Shown here: in pieces, positions 1 through 9,227 of the stretch
Layout of the letters: every line of letters starts with the position of its first letter
Position numbering within the stretch: the stretch's first letter is position 1
NCBI GenBank assembly: GCA_965202665.1
Contig: OZ241841.1
Coordinates: 1,735,367 to 1,799,366, forward strand
Direction: 5' to 3'
Length of the DNA: 64,000 nt
From: Candidatus Spongiisociaceae bacterium
Lineage (GTDB): Bacteria; Actinomycetota; Acidimicrobiia; Spongiisociales; Spongiisociaceae
Program-made: the position numbers and the translations under genes
Notes under the pieces: model-generated
Told to the model about the DNA's origin: nothing
What the model saw: only the letters and a program-made list of their open reading frames with translations
The model's database searches: none

Positions 1-33
1 GAAGCGGTTTCCCTGTCCAGCCGCGTCCGGGAT

Positions 34-1140
34 TTGCCGGTGGAGGCCCGCCAGTCGCTGGAGATAGTGCGGGCCCTGGCCTCGCAAGCGAAGATTTTGC
101 TGTTGGACGAGCCCACCGCCCTGCTCACCCCGGCCGCCGCCGAATCCCTTTTTGAAAGGCTGCGCAACCTGCGGGACGAAGGGGTGACGGCCCTGGTGGT
201 GTTGCACAAGTTGCGGGAGGTGAAGGCGGTGGCGGACACGGTGAGCGTGCTGCGGGACGGAAAGTTGGTTCTGGGCCCGCTGGAAACATCCGCCGCCGAC
301 CAGGGCCGGCTGAGCGACGCCATCGTGGGGGCCGCTGAACGGGTCGCGGCCGGGACGGCGGCGATGGGCCAGACGGCGTCCCTTCCGGGCGGCGATGAGA
401 TTCGCCTGGAACTGACCGGGGCGTCGGCCAAAGGCTCCGCCCATGAAGTGGGACTGCGCGGGGTTGACATGCGGGTGGGGGCGGGGGAGATCGTGGGCGT
501 CGCCGGGGTGGAAGGAAACGGCCAGCGCAACCTGGTGTCGGCCATCGCCGGGCTGACCCGGTTGGAAAAAGGGGAAATCAGGTTGGGCGGGCGTTCCGTC
601 AACGACGACGACCCGGCCCGGAGGCGGCGCCGGGGCCTGCGGCTGGTGCCCTTCGACCGCCACACGGAAGGGGTTTCGTCCAGCGCCCCCCTGTGGTTGA
701 ACCAGTCGGCTTTGAAGTTGGCCGCCGGGGAGCGGCGCCGCCCGTTCGTCTCGGTGCGCCGCATGCGGGAGGAGGCCAAGTCGGCCATGGACAAATGGCG
801 GGTGCGTTACCAGGCGGTCGCCCAACCGGCCGGTTCTTTATCGGGGGGCAACATTCAGCGCTTGATTTTGTCCCGGGAGCTGGCCGACGGGGCGGAGATG
901 CTGATCGCCGCCCAGCCCACCCGCGGCCTGGATTTCGCAGCCACCGAATTCGTGCGGGCTTCCCTTTCCGGGATGCGGGATCTGGGGGCGGGGGTGCTGT
1001 TGGTGTCCTCCGATTTGGACGAGTTGTTTGAGCTGTCCGACCGCCTGCTGGTGATGCTGGGCGGCCGGATAACGGCCGAATTCGCGCCCCCCTACGACCG
1101 GCGGGCGGTGGGGGATGCGATGATCGGGGCGGTGCGGTGA
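34..1140 (+). CDS. ABC transporter ATP-binding protein with duplicated ATPase domains; 5' end lies outside the window
   Basis: ABC signature and Walker B regions LLLDEPTALLTP and LSGGNIQRLILSRELADGAEMLIAAQPTRGLD occur in two tandem ATPase halves. A second Walker A, GVEGNGQRN, is present. The ORF runs from the window start and is followed by two permease genes. Confidence 0.8.
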   Translation: MPVEARQSLEIVRALASQAKILLLDEPTALLTPAAAESLFERLRNLRDEGVTALVVLHKLREVKAVADTVSVLRDGKLVLGPLETSAADQGRLSDAIVGAAERVAAGTAAMGQTASLPGGDEIRLELTGASAKGSAHEVGLRGVDMRVGAGEIVGVAGVEGNGQRNLVSAIAGLTRLEKGEIRLGGRSVNDDDPARRRRRGLRLVPFDRHTEGVSSSAPLWLNQSALKLAAGERRRPFVSVRRMREEAKSAMDKWRVRYQAVAQPAGSLSGGNIQRLILSRELADGAEMLIAAQPTRGLDFAATEFVRASLSGMRDLGAGVLLVSSDLDELFELSDRLLVMLGGRITAEFAPPYDRRAVGDAMIGAVR

Positions 1141-2201
1141 CCGGACGTTTGGCCAAAGTTGCGTCCACCGCGGCCCTGGTGGCGGCCGCTTTCGCCATCA
1201 CCTCCCTGATTTTGTGGATCAGCGGATACAGCGTGGCCGAGGTTTTCTCCGGAACCGTCCAAGGGGCGATCACCGCCAAAGGGGCGGTGGCTTCCACCGT
1301 CCGCTGGACCATCCCCCTGTTGCTGATCGCCTGGGGGGTGACCATCGGGTTCCGGGCCGGTTTTTTCAACATCGGCGGGCAGGGCCAGTTCTACGTGGGG
1401 GCTTGCGCCTCCCTGGCGGTGGCTTTGGGGTGGCGGACCGGGCCCGCCTGGTTGGTGATCATCGTCGGAACGGCGGCGGCGGTGACGGCGGGGGCCGCCT
1501 GGTCGCTGATCCCCGGTTGGCTGCGGGTGCGGTTCGGGGCCGACGAGGTGCTGACCACGCTGATGATGAGTTTCATCGGTTCCCTGGTGCTGCAGTATTT
1601 GACTTCCGGTCCGATGCGCAACCCGCAGGGCACCGGTCAGACGGCGGCCAGCGAACGGATACCCGACGCCTTTCGCCTGACCGGCAGCTCCGGCGTGTCG
1701 CTGGTTTTGCTGGCGATCGTCGTCTTGACCGGGGCGGCGGTGTGGGTTTTGTTGGAGCGCACCCGGTTCGGGCTGTCCGTGGATTTGGCGGGCCGCAATC
1801 CGGTGATGGCCCGCTGGCAGGGAATCAACGTCCGCCGGGTGGGTTTGGCTTCTTTCGGTTTGGCGGGGGCGCTGGCCGGTTTGGCGGGGGCGATGGAACT
1901 GTTCGGGCCGGCGGCCCGTCTGATAACCGGTTTTTCACCGACGGTGGGGTTCAACGCGGTGGTGGTGGCTTTGGTGGGTTTGCTGAGCGTGCCCGGGGTG
2001 GCCCTGTCCGCCCTGTTCTTCGGCGGCTTGCAGTCGGCGATCCTGTTTCTGCCGATAGTGACCGATGTCCCGCCCCCCGCCCTGGTGGTCCTGAACGGGA
2101 TGGTGGCTTTGCTGGTAACCATCCGGTTCCGCGCCCGCCGTCGCCGCGTCGCATCCGGCCCCGCCGTTGCGGAGGGGGCCGACGGGGAGGCCGGCGGCTG
2201 A
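1137..2201 (+). CDS. ABC transporter permease (branched-chain/sugar-type BPD_transp_2 family)
   Basis: A 354 aa multi-TM protein with a permease-like motif (RFGLSVDLAGRNPVMARWQGINV). ATGA overlap with the upstream ATPase gene at 1137-1140. Confidence 0.8.
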   Translation: MTGRLAKVASTAALVAAAFAITSLILWISGYSVAEVFSGTVQGAITAKGAVASTVRWTIPLLLIAWGVTIGFRAGFFNIGGQGQFYVGACASLAVALGWRTGPAWLVIIVGTAAAVTAGAAWSLIPGWLRVRFGADEVLTTLMMSFIGSLVLQYLTSGPMRNPQGTGQTAASERIPDAFRLTGSSGVSLVLLAIVVLTGAAVWVLLERTRFGLSVDLAGRNPVMARWQGINVRRVGLASFGLAGALAGLAGAMELFGPAARLITGFSPTVGFNAVVVALVGLLSVPGVALSALFFGGLQSAILFLPIVTDVPPPALVVLNGMVALLVTIRFRARRRRVASGPAVAEGADGEAGG

Positions 2202-3118
2202 TGGAACAGGTCCTGGCCACCACCCTGCGGGCCGCCGCCCCGTTGATTTTGGCGGCCTTGGCGGGGGTGTTCGCCTGGAGGGCGGGCGTCTTCCACCTGG
2301 GCTTGGAGGGCCTGATGATCACCGGGGCTTTCTCGGCGGCGGCGGTGGGGCACGCCACCGGTTCGGTGTGGCTGGGAATTTTGTCGGGGGTGGCGGCCTG
2401 CTCGGTCCTGTCGTTTCTGTTCTGGTGGGTTATCGGCCCCCTGCGGGCCAATATGATCATCGCCGGGTTGGGGCTGACTTCCCTCGGTTTGGGGGGAACC
2501 GCCTACGCCCTGACCGCCGTTTTCGACACGCGGGGCACGATTTTCACCGAGGTGACCCTGCCCCGGCCGGTGCGGGGAGTGAACGAGGGGCTGGGGGTGA
2601 TAGTTTCCGAATCGTCCATTTTGGTGTGGCTGGCTCCGCTGTTCGTGTTGGCCTCCTGGGTGGTCCTGCGGCGCACCCGGTTCGGACTGCGCCTGACGGC
2701 GGTGGGGGAGTATCCGTTCGCGGCCCGTTCGGTGGGGGTGGACCCGTCCCGGATGCGGCTGTGGGCGTTGCTGATAGCGGGCGGGCTGAGCGCCCTGGCC
2801 GGCGCCGAACTGTCGGTGGGGGCGTTGCGCAATTTCACGGAGAACATGACCGCCGGGCGGGGTTTCATAGCCTTCGTGGCCGTCATTTTCGGGGCCTGGC
2901 ATCCGATCGGGGCGGCGGCCGCCGCCTTGTTTTTCGGTTTGGCGGACGCCATAGGGGCCCAGTCGCAGATCAACATCACCGAGTCGGTCCCCCGGGAGTT
3001 CGTGCTGATGATCCCCTACCTGCTGACCATCGTCGCCGTGTGGGTGGGCGGAATGCTGCGCCGCCGCCAAACGGAAGCTTCCGCCGGCTACGCCGAACTA
3101 AGAGAACCCGACGATTAG
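2201..3118 (+). CDS. ABC transporter permease (second subunit)
   Basis: Starts at an ATG at 2201 that overlaps the stop of the previous permease (the track ORF 1214..3118 is this frame, with a spurious upstream extension). Hydrophobic, with the permease motif RRTRFGLRLTAVGEYPFAARSVGV. Confidence 0.75.
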   Translation: MEQVLATTLRAAAPLILAALAGVFAWRAGVFHLGLEGLMITGAFSAAAVGHATGSVWLGILSGVAACSVLSFLFWWVIGPLRANMIIAGLGLTSLGLGGTAYALTAVFDTRGTIFTEVTLPRPVRGVNEGLGVIVSESSILVWLAPLFVLASWVVLRRTRFGLRLTAVGEYPFAARSVGVDPSRMRLWALLIAGGLSALAGAELSVGALRNFTENMTAGRGFIAFVAVIFGAWHPIGAAAAALFFGLADAIGAQSQINITESVPREFVLMIPYLLTIVAVWVGGMLRRRQTEASAGYAELREPDD

Positions 3119-3152
3119 CCGCCCGCCTGGAGAGGGACGGGAGGGGCGGCTG

Positions 3153-3971
3153 TCAGGACAGGAAGTCCAGGATGACGGCGATGGATTTCTCCGCCTGTTC
3201 CACGTAGTGGCCGTGGCCGCTCCCTTCGAAGACGGCCAAGCGTCCGTTGGGCAGATGTTCCGCCACGTAACGGGCGCAGGCCCCGGGCATCGGGGCGTCC
3301 ATGGGCGTCAAATTGTCCTCCGACCCCACCATCACCAGGGTGGGGCAGGCGATGTCCGCCAACAGGTGGGTCACGTCGGTGTCGATCATCGCCTGGCATC
3401 CGTCTATGAACACTTCGGTGGAGGCGTTGCGGGCCACCACTTCCATCGTGGACAGCAACAGGGCTTCGCCCCCGTCCGGCCCGTCCAGGTAGGAGCGGGA
3501 GAAGGCCTTGGTCAGCAGTTCTTCGGCCATTTCCCGGGAGGCCGCCCCGTAGGCCCGGGCGATGTTCTGCCAGGTGCGGAAAGCCAGTTTGCCCATCCGG
3601 TCGCATCGGGCCACCGCCCCCGCCCCCAACAGCAACCGCTCCACCCGTTGCGGATATTTGGCGGCGAAGGCGAGGGCGATGAAACTCCCCATGGATCCGC
3701 CGTGAATATGGGCCCGCTCGACATCCAAGGCTTCCATCAGCCCGGCCAGGTCATCGCACCACCCTTCAAACGTATAGGTCTGTTCAGGCCGGTCGCTCTT
3801 CCCGTAACCCCGGTGGTCGTAGTCCAACACCCGGTAACGCTCAGAAAGGCCGGGGGTGATAGTGGCGTAGCCTTCATGGGCGCTGACCGCCCCCCCGATC
3901 TGCACCACCGTCTCCCCTTCGCCCTCAAACCGATACCAAAGGTCGGCCCCATTAACTTCCACTTTAGGCAT
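3153..3971 (-). CDS. alpha/beta-fold hydrolase
   Basis: GxSxG nucleophile elbow (HGGSMGSF) and an alpha/beta hydrolase pattern. Probable start at MPKVEVNG (3971); the ORF could extend to 4001. High GC. Confidence 0.75.
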   Translation of the reverse strand: MPKVEVNGADLWYRFEGEGETVVQIGGAVSAHEGYATITPGLSERYRVLDYDHRGYGKSDRPEQTYTFEGWCDDLAGLMEALDVERAHIHGGSMGSFIALAFAAKYPQRVERLLLGAGAVARCDRMGKLAFRTWQNIARAYGAASREMAEELLTKAFSRSYLDGPDGGEALLLSTMEVVARNASTEVFIDGCQAMIDTDVTHLLADIACPTLVMVGSEDNLTPMDAPMPGACARYVAEHLPNGRLAVFEGSGHGHYVEQAEKSIAVILDFLS

Positions 3972-4021
3972 ATTCCGCTCCTCGCTCCAGGCCCAAAACA
4001 ATATGCTAGGCTCCGGGTAGT

Positions 4022-7000
4022 ATGAATGCTAAGGCTAACAGCAACCGGAACCACTCCTTCAAAGTAGGTGATTTCGTGCGATTGAAGGCCACAGGCGAGG
4101 TGGGGGTGGTTGTTGAGCTTATAGGAGACGACTTTGTAAAGGTCCAGTTCGCTGACGGCGCGAAGGTGGTAAATGCGGATGCTTTAGAACCCGCAGATAA
4201 GTCTCCAGTCGGCCCGGTCGGGTTGCTAGAAGGAGGCACACTCTCCGATAGTCGAGCTTTTGGTTTACGACTTCAGGCTGCTTACCTCCGACACGCTTAC
4301 CGATATGACCCTAAGTCTGGGCTGTCCAACGCCAGGGTGGAGCCCAAGCTACATCAAGTGTTCGCCGCCCATCGGGTAACCGGCAAGCTCTTTCCTCGGA
4401 TGATACTAGCTGATGAAGTTGGTTTAGGGAAAACTATAGAGGCTGGGCTCATTTTAAAAGAACTTCGGGCTCGCGAAGTCATTGATCGCGTTCTCGTGGT
4501 TTGCCCAGCCTCTTTGCAACGCCAGTGGCAATATGAGATGGAAACCAAATTCAATGAAGAGTTCGAAATATATAATAAAACCGCAGTTGATTTTCTCGGT
4601 AAGGACGGCAGTAATCCTTGGATGAAACGAAAGGGTGCCATAGCCTCCTATGAATTTGCCATCAAGCCAAGGAATATGGAACAAATTGTGGAAGCCGACT
4701 GGGATTTGATTATTTTTGATGAAGCACACCGGGTTAGAAGAACACGCGTCGGGAACAAATATAGAGAAACCAAGGCATACAAGATGGCTAAACTTCTACA
4801 AGATCGAGACTTTGGCTTATTATTGCTTACCGCTACTCCTATGCAATTACACCTATATGAGCTCTATTCCCTTATTGACTTGATTGATTCTAGCCTTCAT
4901 ATAGATTTTGCTGAATTTGAGGACAAGATGTTAGAAATACCTGATTTGAATGATGCGATGAAGGAACTACAAGAATGGCCGTCAGTTCATAAACATCAGA
5001 GGCTCAATGCCGTTGTACGTTGGGGTTTTAAAATGGGCTACTTGAGAAAAAAATCTGTTACCGATATTTTGAACGATGATGACAAGCGGGAGAAATTAAT
5101 TAACGACTTGGTCCAACGACATCCTGTGGCACAAGTTCTTATTCGCAATCGTAAGAGTACCATAGGTGGATTTAAAGGACGAATTGCCAATCGTATACCA
5201 GTAAAGTTAACAGATGAAGAATGGGAGTTGTATAATGAAATATCAGAATATATTCGGCTAGGTTATAACCGGGCTAACAAAGAGAAGAAGAGGGCGATTG
5301 GATTTACTATGACAATATATCAAAAACTCTTGACTAGTAGCTCGTACGCCCTCCGCGAAAGTTTCAGAAATCGGGTGACTAACCTAAAGAATCAAGATAA
5401 CGTAAGGCAAAAGGAAGCAATTACAGAAAATGGATTAAACGAATTACGTGAACTTGATGATATTTCTGAAGGATTAGATCATTTAGAACAGGACGACATA
5501 GATAATTCTGAACAGAAATCAGAAATACGGGAGCTAGAGGGATATATTGACCGCCTAAATCAGATAAGAGATTCGAAAGCGGACAAATTAATAAATGAAA
5601 TAGTATTGCCAATTCTGGATAAAAATTCCAGTGAGAAGATATTGATATTCACAGGTTTCGTCAATACACAGAAATTCCTGCAGAGAGTTCTTCAATCGAT
5701 TGGCTATGAGGTCACCATTTTCAATGGTCAGATGGACTTATCCGAGAAGGAGAAGTCGGTCCAGCGATTCAGACAACAAGCGCAGATTATGATTACAACA
5801 GAAGCAGGTGGCGAAGGTCGTAACTTTCAGTTTGCGCATATTATGGTAAACTATGATCTGCCGTGGAATCCGATGAAGGTTGAACAGCGGATCGGTCGTC
5901 TTGATCGAATTGGCCAAACTCGTAAAGTTCAGATATACAATCTTTATAGTGAGAGTACACTAGAACAGCGAATTTTAGATGTATTGGAATATCGTATTCA
6001 ACTCTTTACTCGGGCAGTAGGTTCATTGGATCCTATACTTGGCGAAGTAGAACGAGATTTAGAAAGAATTATTTTCGAGCATATGGACAATCTAGATGAG
6101 TATATGGAGAAATTCGAAAAAGATCTTGCGGAAAGAATCAAAGAAGCAAGGGAAACCGAAAAGTTATTGGGTGACTTTATTTTGGATCGTACTAGCTTGA
6201 GACAAGACGAGGCAAATATACTATTAGAACGATCTACGCTGGCTAGTTTTGATGACCTGCACCGATTTATTGAGGAAGCACTAAACTATTATGGAGGAAG
6301 ATTGAGTAAGCATAATAACGGAGGTGATTATTTAACATTGTCACCCAATCTAAGACACGATATTCAGGCTGACAGTACCAATGTTCGTGGAGTATTTGAT
6401 CCGAAGGAGGCACTGGAGTGGGAAGATTTAGATTTTTTCGCTTTCGGACACAAACATATTGACCGAATAGTAGACTATGTCTATAACCAAGATGCGAAGA
6501 CGGGGGTCCGTTTTTTACCAGATGCCCCCCCAGGAGTTACGATAGAGATAATATATGAGTACGAAAGTCGAAGACCCCTTCATACAAAGGGTCAAAGAGG
6601 ACCCTTTCATGCAAAAGGTCAAATGGTCCGACATCATATAGGACAAGACTTGCAAATCCATAGTGAAATGATTACAACCATACCTGCTGTGGGTCAGGCC
6701 TGTAACAGCAAAGTAGATGTACCAGAGTGGTTACCTAGTGCTTTGGAGATAAGCCAGCAGAGAGCTATCGAGGAATTGGAGCAGTTTCAAGAGAAGACAT
6801 ATAGGGAAGGATTACCAGAACGTAGAGGGATGGAAGAGCGTTACCGGCGGGTGTTTGCTCATCAGCGTAAACAGTTGAAAGCTAAGATAGAAAAAGCAAG
6901 GGCTTGGATAGATGAAAAAACACAAAGTGGCTCCGATGATGAAAAAAAGATTCTACCTGCCCAGCGAGCGAGGTTACGGCAAATGGAACAAGAACTTCAG

Positions 7001-7099
7001 AATCTAACCTCCGAGTTACAGCACAAAATTGAAGAATTGAATCGTCCGGCAGATATCATTCAGACGATTGTATCAGCAGGATTGGTAATGAGACAATGA
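4022..7099 (+). CDS. rapA: RapA/HepA-like SNF2-family ATPase (RNA polymerase-associated Swi2/Snf2 protein homolog) with N-terminal Tudor/KOW-like domain
   Basis: Motif I ILADEVGLGKTIEAGLIL, motif II IIFDEAHRV, motif III LLLTATPMQ and helicase-C EGRNFQFAHIMVNYDLPWNPMKVEQRIGRLDRIGQ closely resemble E. coli RapA. N-terminal KVGDFVRLKATGEVGVVVEL small beta-barrel. About 40% GC against a 70% flank. Confidence 0.8.
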   Translation: MNAKANSNRNHSFKVGDFVRLKATGEVGVVVELIGDDFVKVQFADGAKVVNADALEPADKSPVGPVGLLEGGTLSDSRAFGLRLQAAYLRHAYRYDPKSGLSNARVEPKLHQVFAAHRVTGKLFPRMILADEVGLGKTIEAGLILKELRAREVIDRVLVVCPASLQRQWQYEMETKFNEEFEIYNKTAVDFLGKDGSNPWMKRKGAIASYEFAIKPRNMEQIVEADWDLIIFDEAHRVRRTRVGNKYRETKAYKMAKLLQDRDFGLLLLTATPMQLHLYELYSLIDLIDSSLHIDFAEFEDKMLEIPDLNDAMKELQEWPSVHKHQRLNAVVRWGFKMGYLRKKSVTDILNDDDKREKLINDLVQRHPVAQVLIRNRKSTIGGFKGRIANRIPVKLTDEEWELYNEISEYIRLGYNRANKEKKRAIGFTMTIYQKLLTSSSYALRESFRNRVTNLKNQDNVRQKEAITENGLNELRELDDISEGLDHLEQDDIDNSEQKSEIRELEGYIDRLNQIRDSKADKLINEIVLPILDKNSSEKILIFTGFVNTQKFLQRVLQSIGYEVTIFNGQMDLSEKEKSVQRFRQQAQIMITTEAGGEGRNFQFAHIMVNYDLPWNPMKVEQRIGRLDRIGQTRKVQIYNLYSESTLEQRILDVLEYRIQLFTRAVGSLDPILGEVERDLERIIFEHMDNLDEYMEKFEKDLAERIKEARETEKLLGDFILDRTSLRQDEANILLERSTLASFDDLHRFIEEALNYYGGRLSKHNNGGDYLTLSPNLRHDIQADSTNVRGVFDPKEALEWEDLDFFAFGHKHIDRIVDYVYNQDAKTGVRFLPDAPPGVTIEIIYEYESRRPLHTKGQRGPFHAKGQMVRHHIGQDLQIHSEMITTIPAVGQACNSKVDVPEWLPSALEISQQRAIEELEQFQEKTYREGLPERRGMEERYRRVFAHQRKQLKAKIEKARAWIDEKTQSGSDDEKKILPAQRARLRQMEQELQNLTSELQHKIEELNRPADIIQTIVSAGLVMRQ

Positions 7100-8451
7100 G
7101 AAACGTACTTGCCTGTGGTATTGACTTTGGAACAACCAATAGCTCTGTATCGATCGCGTATGATAACGGCGATGTAGAGTTAGTTACTATTGACACTAGC
7201 ACGCCCATGCCCCGTAGCTTGTCATCCATTGCATATATAGATCGTGAAGATGCTAAGCAAGCAGGACAAGAAGCTGTTAAACAGTTTATGATTACCGGAC
7301 CTATTAGTACTTCTTGCGGTAATTGTGATTTAGTAGAGATAATCAAGTTTGGTGGTTTTGCACATTATGATACAGATTGTAAGCAACATCAGCCTGGGGG
7401 TAGGTGTCAGGACGCCCGTCTGGTTAGTGGAGTGAAAAGCTTACTAGCCCCCACTGAGAATGGTACTACCCATGCTTGGGCCAGGTATTTTGAATTGGAG
7501 GATTTTGTTGCGATCATAATAAAGGAGCTTAAGAAACGGGTTGATGATATAGCAGGTGCCAATATACGTAGAGTTGTTTTAGGATATCCAGTAACTTTCG
7601 TGGGTGCTGAAGGCTCAGATTATGAAAATCTACAGGAAGGGGCAGAGGGCAGACTACAACGAGCGGCAGAAAAGGCGGGGTTCACTGATATAGAATTATT
7701 TCCGGAACCAGCTGCTGTGTTGCTGGATCAATACTTGAAGGATGGATACATACTAGCGGTAGATTTTGGTGGTGGAACTTATGATGTGGCAGTCTTAGAG
7801 AACCAGGGAAGCGAGCCGGAGATCGTAGCACTTCAGGGTGCTACGATAGGTGGAGAAAAATTCGACGGTTTGTTGTTTGATAAAAAGGTGGCTGACGCTA
7901 TAGGTCTAAACCAGAAACCCAAAGGCAAAACTTTGCCCAAATGGATAAAGATTAATATGCGAACCTTGGCTGGCATCCCTATTTTACTCAAAAATCCGTT
8001 TCTTCTGTCCACCTTATTGAATTTTGAAAGTCTAGGAGCCAATATTGATGCCATTCGTGAGATTTTGTTTGGTGGTCATGCGTATAGTTTCTATACTGAA
8101 GTGGAGAGAGCTAAAATAGAATTATCCGAAAGCCAAGTAGCTCAGATTCGCTATCATGTGCAAGGCAGGATTGATGTATCAGCCACGGTATATCGGACTG
8201 ATTTCGATCGTTGGATAAGTTCATATCTTGACAGGGTTGATACCGCTACAATAACCGCCGTAAATGAGGCTGGTGTAGCACCTCAAGATGTCCATACCGT
8301 CTTACGAGCAGGAGGTTCATCAAAAATACCGCAATTTATTGACAGACTAGAATCTATATTTCCGAATGCGGAAATCAGGGAACGGGATGCGTTTACATCC
8401 GTGGCCTATGGCCTTGGTGTACATGCATTGGAGGTATGGGGTAATGTCTGA
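7096..8451 (+). CDS. Hsp70-family actin-fold ATPase, nucleotide-binding domain only (YegD-like), no substrate-binding domain
   Basis: Motifs GIDFGTTNSSV, VDFGGGTYDVAVLE and RAGGSSKIPQF match the Hsp70 NBD phosphate-1, phosphate-2 and adenosine motifs. The protein is 451 aa with no SBD. ATGA overlap with the helicase stop. Low GC. Confidence 0.75.
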   Translation: MRNVLACGIDFGTTNSSVSIAYDNGDVELVTIDTSTPMPRSLSSIAYIDREDAKQAGQEAVKQFMITGPISTSCGNCDLVEIIKFGGFAHYDTDCKQHQPGGRCQDARLVSGVKSLLAPTENGTTHAWARYFELEDFVAIIIKELKKRVDDIAGANIRRVVLGYPVTFVGAEGSDYENLQEGAEGRLQRAAEKAGFTDIELFPEPAAVLLDQYLKDGYILAVDFGGGTYDVAVLENQGSEPEIVALQGATIGGEKFDGLLFDKKVADAIGLNQKPKGKTLPKWIKINMRTLAGIPILLKNPFLLSTLLNFESLGANIDAIREILFGGHAYSFYTEVERAKIELSESQVAQIRYHVQGRIDVSATVYRTDFDRWISSYLDRVDTATITAVNEAGVAPQDVHTVLRAGGSSKIPQFIDRLESIFPNAEIRERDAFTSVAYGLGVHALEVWGNV

Positions 8452-9196
8452 TGACAAGCAAAAGCCTCGTGAGAGGATAAGGATTCCTACGCCCAAGGAG
8501 TTAGACGAGTCCGCTACCGGTGGACAGTCGGAACAGGATGAGCCTCAGGAGCAAAAGGGCGGTCGTGCCCGGTTCCGGCGGATCCGGATGCGGATGAGGG
8601 GAGGTGTGGGGCGGAACAAGAAAGTGCTAAAGGCTCCTCGACCTGATGTAGAGACAGTAGGGGAAGGTCCTCCGGATGGAAAAGACCCAGGAGATGTCGA
8701 GCCAGGTTTTATCGTCCCCTTATCTGAGCGGGTAATAGGGGATGAAGGTGGTCAGATACAAGAAGAGGCTGTTCTTCCGAGGCAGATACCGGGACGGATC
8801 CAGCCGTTCAAGGACGAGTTTAGCGAAGAGGATAAACAAGAGGATTCTTCTAGATCGCGTGTCCGTGCTGTCAAATTCTCACCTAAGATTAAGAAAAGGA
8901 AAGAGGAACCGGTTCCTGATGATGATGCAAAGAGGCCCAAGAGTCGTGAGGAGATAGCTCGGGATTTAGCTAGTCGTAATGCTCAAGAAAATGGTCATGA
9001 TATAGGTGACTTTTTCAAGCAGGTTCGCCCAGATCGCACTAAGCACTTTACAGCTACATGTAGAAAATGTGGTTTGGATATCATAGCTGTGGTGGAGCTT
9101 GATGATTATCAGGTAAAAGGACTTCCAGGAGTTATCGGGAAGGCTAAAAACAAAAGATGTACAGAAGAAGTTAAGAATAGAGGAGTCGGTCTTTAG
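8444..9196 (+). CDS. highly charged (K/R/E/D-rich) hypothetical protein with C-terminal Cys cluster (possible zinc ribbon)
   Basis: The start MSDDKQ at 8444 overlaps the Hsp70-like stop by 8 nt. About 250 aa of low-complexity charged sequence precede a C-terminal CRKCG...(26 aa)...C. Low GC. Last gene of the island. Confidence 0.5.
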   Translation: MSDDKQKPRERIRIPTPKELDESATGGQSEQDEPQEQKGGRARFRRIRMRMRGGVGRNKKVLKAPRPDVETVGEGPPDGKDPGDVEPGFIVPLSERVIGDEGGQIQEEAVLPRQIPGRIQPFKDEFSEEDKQEDSSRSRVRAVKFSPKIKKRKEEPVPDDDAKRPKSREEIARDLASRNAQENGHDIGDFFKQVRPDRTKHFTATCRKCGLDIIAVVELDDYQVKGLPGVIGKAKNKRCTEEVKNRGVGL

Positions 9197-9227
9197 GCGA
9201 TTCTTTGCGGACGTTTCGGGGGTTGGG

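Noticed and set aside
1637-3070. 477-aa minus-strand ORF antisense to the permease genes; similar antisense ORFs at 12454-14298, 14000-15031, 17995-19245, 19324-20571, 21107-22150 and 32552-34804
   Set aside because: At high GC, long antisense ORFs occur by chance. Their translations are R/P/G-rich with no motifs, and they completely overlap well-supported genes on the other strand.
1214-3118. 634-aa track ORF spanning both permease genes in one frame, rich in G/R/P
   Set aside because: Only its last ~305 codons (from the ATG at 2201) are a real permease. The upstream 1214-2200 part is an out-of-frame read-through of the first permease gene, a GC-rich frame artefact.
8742-8957. Small ORFs 8742-8957(+) and 8752-8940(-) inside the charged-protein gene
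   Set aside because: They are embedded in, and out of frame with, a longer ORF that is translationally coupled to the upstream gene. The low-complexity sequence yields spurious frames.
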